Of a stretch of DNA of 64,000 bases, positions 61,283-64,000 are shown piece by piece; position 1 is the stretch's first letter, and each line of letters begins with the position of its first letter. Location of the stretch: assembly GCA_964199315.1 (NCBI GenBank), contig OZ116705.1:29822001-29886000 (forward strand). The letters are read 5' to 3'. The position numbers and the translations under genes were made by a program. Source of the DNA: Orbicella franksi. Taxonomy: Eukaryota. Under the pieces are notes generated by a model. It worked only from the letters and a program-made list of their open reading frames with translations. It did not search any database and was not told the origin of the DNA.

Positions 61283-64000
61283 CTTACCGCGCCTTACAGC
61301 TTACCGTAAAGTGCAACAAAAAACGCAGCAAATGCCACTTTCTGAAAGTAACAAAATTTCATACCCAGCACGAAGAACCAGTCTTTCACAATCCCAAAAA
61401 TTAGTTCCCGCAAAAAAAAAATATCGCCCATCCGAAAAATTAAACTCCCGCAAAAATGTCTTGCCACACATAACCAATTTCTAGTATGAAAAATATATTT
61501 ATGATTTTGAATGAGCTCAGGCTCGTTTTGGATGTAACAGAAAAAAAAGAGTGTATATTTATTTTGGTTCTATTCACGGAAAAAAAAACCTCAAGGGTAT
61601 AAACCAGAAATCCGAAAAAATGACATTTCTCATACTTTCTTTGGACAACGGGTTCTTTTGATATGCAAACATGTTCTATTGACCGGGCACAGCAGTATGG
61701 CTATCGTGACAACGCTTTACAACAAGGGTTATTTCCCTTGAGAGGTTTTATTGATAAACATGGTAAACCTCTAATCACGACACGTGTTATCAAATTTACG
61801 ATTAAGTACTACTTAAGTACTACCAACGAAAACTCCTTACTTCAGAACATAAAACACTTTTTGCGACAAAGTACAAAATAATTTATGTTTGTTTTCTTTC
61901 TTCTTCCCTGTCCATTATTACCCACAGATATCGATGAGTGCGTCAGCGGTGTACACGACTGCCACCGTTCAGCTTCATGTACAAACACTGTAGGATCCTA
62001 CACATGTACGTGTAACCATCCTTTATCAGGAGACGGAAAAACCTGCAGGTACACCGCGGCAGGTGAGTATTTCACGTTAATTGTGCTTCAATTCAGGTAG
62101 CAGTGGTTTAGAATTAAGTTCAACTTGTCCACCAAATATGATGTCAACAAAACAAACAAAAACTGAGATTTCTTGGTCATTGCTTTCTTTTTTGGTATGG
62201 TTTAAAAAAAAGCAATTCTCCAAAACTAACTCATGAATGATGCATCTCAGCCGCCGATGTTGCAAATTCGAACCACTCAAGGAACCAATCAGAATTCTCC
62301 TTTACAATTTTGATCAGTTTGCCATATTGGATGACTGTTACTGTTGCAACTAAAAGAGAACACGACTCAGTAATGTTGTTTGCTACCTTCTCGCTACTAC
62401 AGACAAGCTTTTACATTAACATTAACCATACTTAGAAAGGACAGTAATGGGGTGTGAAGCTGAAACCGCCTACGTGGACTTTAACTATTAGAAGCTTTTT
62501 TTCAATTCAATATTTAAAAAAGCTGTCAAGTTTCTTGACATTATCTACCGCTGGTTTTTCCATTGAGAACTCTAACGTCAGCGCTGAGCATTGGTAAAAT
62601 GTAACGTTTTCCTGATAAATACTATCCGAATATTTTCCTGTTCGGGATTTTAAATCATCTATTAAGAGTATTGATCACTGCGACCCAAAATTTAGAAGGA
62701 GATATTCCAGATAAAAAAAATATTTTAAGTTGCCGGTGGAGTATAACGACCACGTATGAAATGTCTTTCCGAACAGACAGTACATCCAGTTTAGTTAGCG
62801 TCACATTTACGGTGCAAGCAATGATGGTCATCTTATAACTGGTGAAGATGACGGTGTTATTTATTCTTAGCAAAACCAACTTTCAAAATAGTCCACCAAA
62901 ATAACTGCTAGGTACAAAATGGATCCAAAGAACGTTCTTATGTTATTTTTGCAGCGGGTCTTAAATATTCCAGCGTTGTGGGAAACAGCCAGAATTTTTT
63001 GACATGGCTGGATAAATGGTTAAAGCCTGTGGCTCGCCAATCCTCTTACTGAAATCGCTGTTACCGGGCAACTGTAAATGGCTGGTCTTCCTATACCTTC
63101 CATTCAAAGTGTGACGGCAAAGGTCCAACTGTCACAATCATCCGTGTTGGAAAATATATTTTTGGAGGATACACAAGTGTCTCATGGAGTAAGTGACATG
63201 ATCAATTTCATCTTATCACAGGCGATCCAAGCTCAAGTTGTGAGTCAGCCATGATCATATTTTGCAATAGCCGTCACGGAGAAATATGGGAAAAGAGTTT
63301 GAAAAAGAATTTTAAAAAAGGAATATTTACACTATGGTGGTGGTGTATTAAAATATTACTTGCTGTGTTTACGCACCTCTTTTCTGATTCATGACGGTTT
63401 TAGGGAGATATCGAGAGGGAAGAACTTTATAGGAAGCGGTCCAAAGGCTTCGAATCATAAAGCAAGGAAACAAAAAAGGGTAATACCAAAGAAAGGCAAA
63501 TAAGTTAATGATACTAAGAATTTTCTATATACCTCATCGAGATAAACAGGTCGATAGGAACAATTGCATTTTTATATGGCATGGTGTTCCTGGCTAACTG
63601 ACAGCTTGACAGCTCGATATTAGTTTTATGAAATTTATAAAATAGGGCGTAGAGATCATGTTCAGTCTGGAACTGGGGCAGCTATTTCCAGTCTCGCACC
63701 AGGCTTGCTTTTCGCAGAATTGAAGTTATTAAAAACTCAGGGGACATTTAACATACAGGAACCAGAGAACTTAAGATTAACACTACAAGAAATAATGCCG
63801 AGCTAGGAATAATAGTAAAATTTTGTAAGCCAATCAAATTAACGTTGTCGGTAATACGTCATTACTAAACTGTCCAAAGTGTCAGTAAACATCATTGATC
63901 TTGGACTTCTTTTTCCATTGTGTATTTCAAATTAGGTTACAGTTGTGGTGGATATCACTACGATTCAGCAGCCTTTCTCTTTTCATTGGTTAACAAGCCT

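Larger units (their letters stand above)
42897..64000 (+). pseudogene. Paralog D (3'-partial at window edge), otherwise intact but with a nonsense codon in TLDc exon 17; probably chimeric
   Basis: Exons 42897-42975, 43242-43597, 54474-54638, 55211-55321, 55852-55977, 56360-56456, 56685-56903, 57031-57407, 57675-57842, 58081-58191, 58384-58500, 58939-59029, 59350-59724, 59920-60042, 60494-60616, 61928-62062, 62955-63188, 63936->64000. TGA at 63050-63052 where A, B and C have TGG (Trp). Confidence 0.8.

Noticed and set aside
1-64000. Whole array as an artefact of uncollapsed haplotypes
   Set aside because: Four distinct units with many private indels, TE insertions and protein differences exceed two alleles. 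It is not fully excluded for the closely similar B/D pair without read data.

Overview
AT-rich, intron-containing animal DNA; the repeat content and gene family suggest a stony coral or other anthozoan (inference). The window is a head-to-tail (+ strand) tandem array of one 18-exon gene. Splicing at GT-AG junctions gives a ~1116-aa protein: signal peptide, 3x H-type-lectin-like, follistatin/Kazal, 3x H-type-lectin-like, C-type lectin, 3x Ca-binding EGF and a C-terminal TLDc domain, with no transmembrane segment. Four copies are present. A (455-10560) lacks exons 1-2, which lie upstream of the window. B (13021-17994) is a promoterless 3' half fused to a repeat fragment. C (24792-37405) is complete and intact. 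D (42897->64000) has a TGG>TGA stop in TLDc and appears chimeric. Intron 2 of D carries a 3'-truncated BEL/Pao LTR remnant, which is interrupted by a full-length L1/Tx1-type LINE with a 14-bp TSD. Introns and spacers hold copy-specific SINEs/MITEs and 1.4-1.6 kb tandem repeats just upstream of the start codon. Main highlights: a normally cytosolic TLDc domain on a secreted lectin, a TLDc exon diverging much faster than the C-type lectin exon, and an intact orphan 3' cassette that is splice-compatible with copy A. Exon boundaries were read by hand; domain names come from motif recognition, not database searches. No rRNA, tRNA gene or CRISPR was seen.
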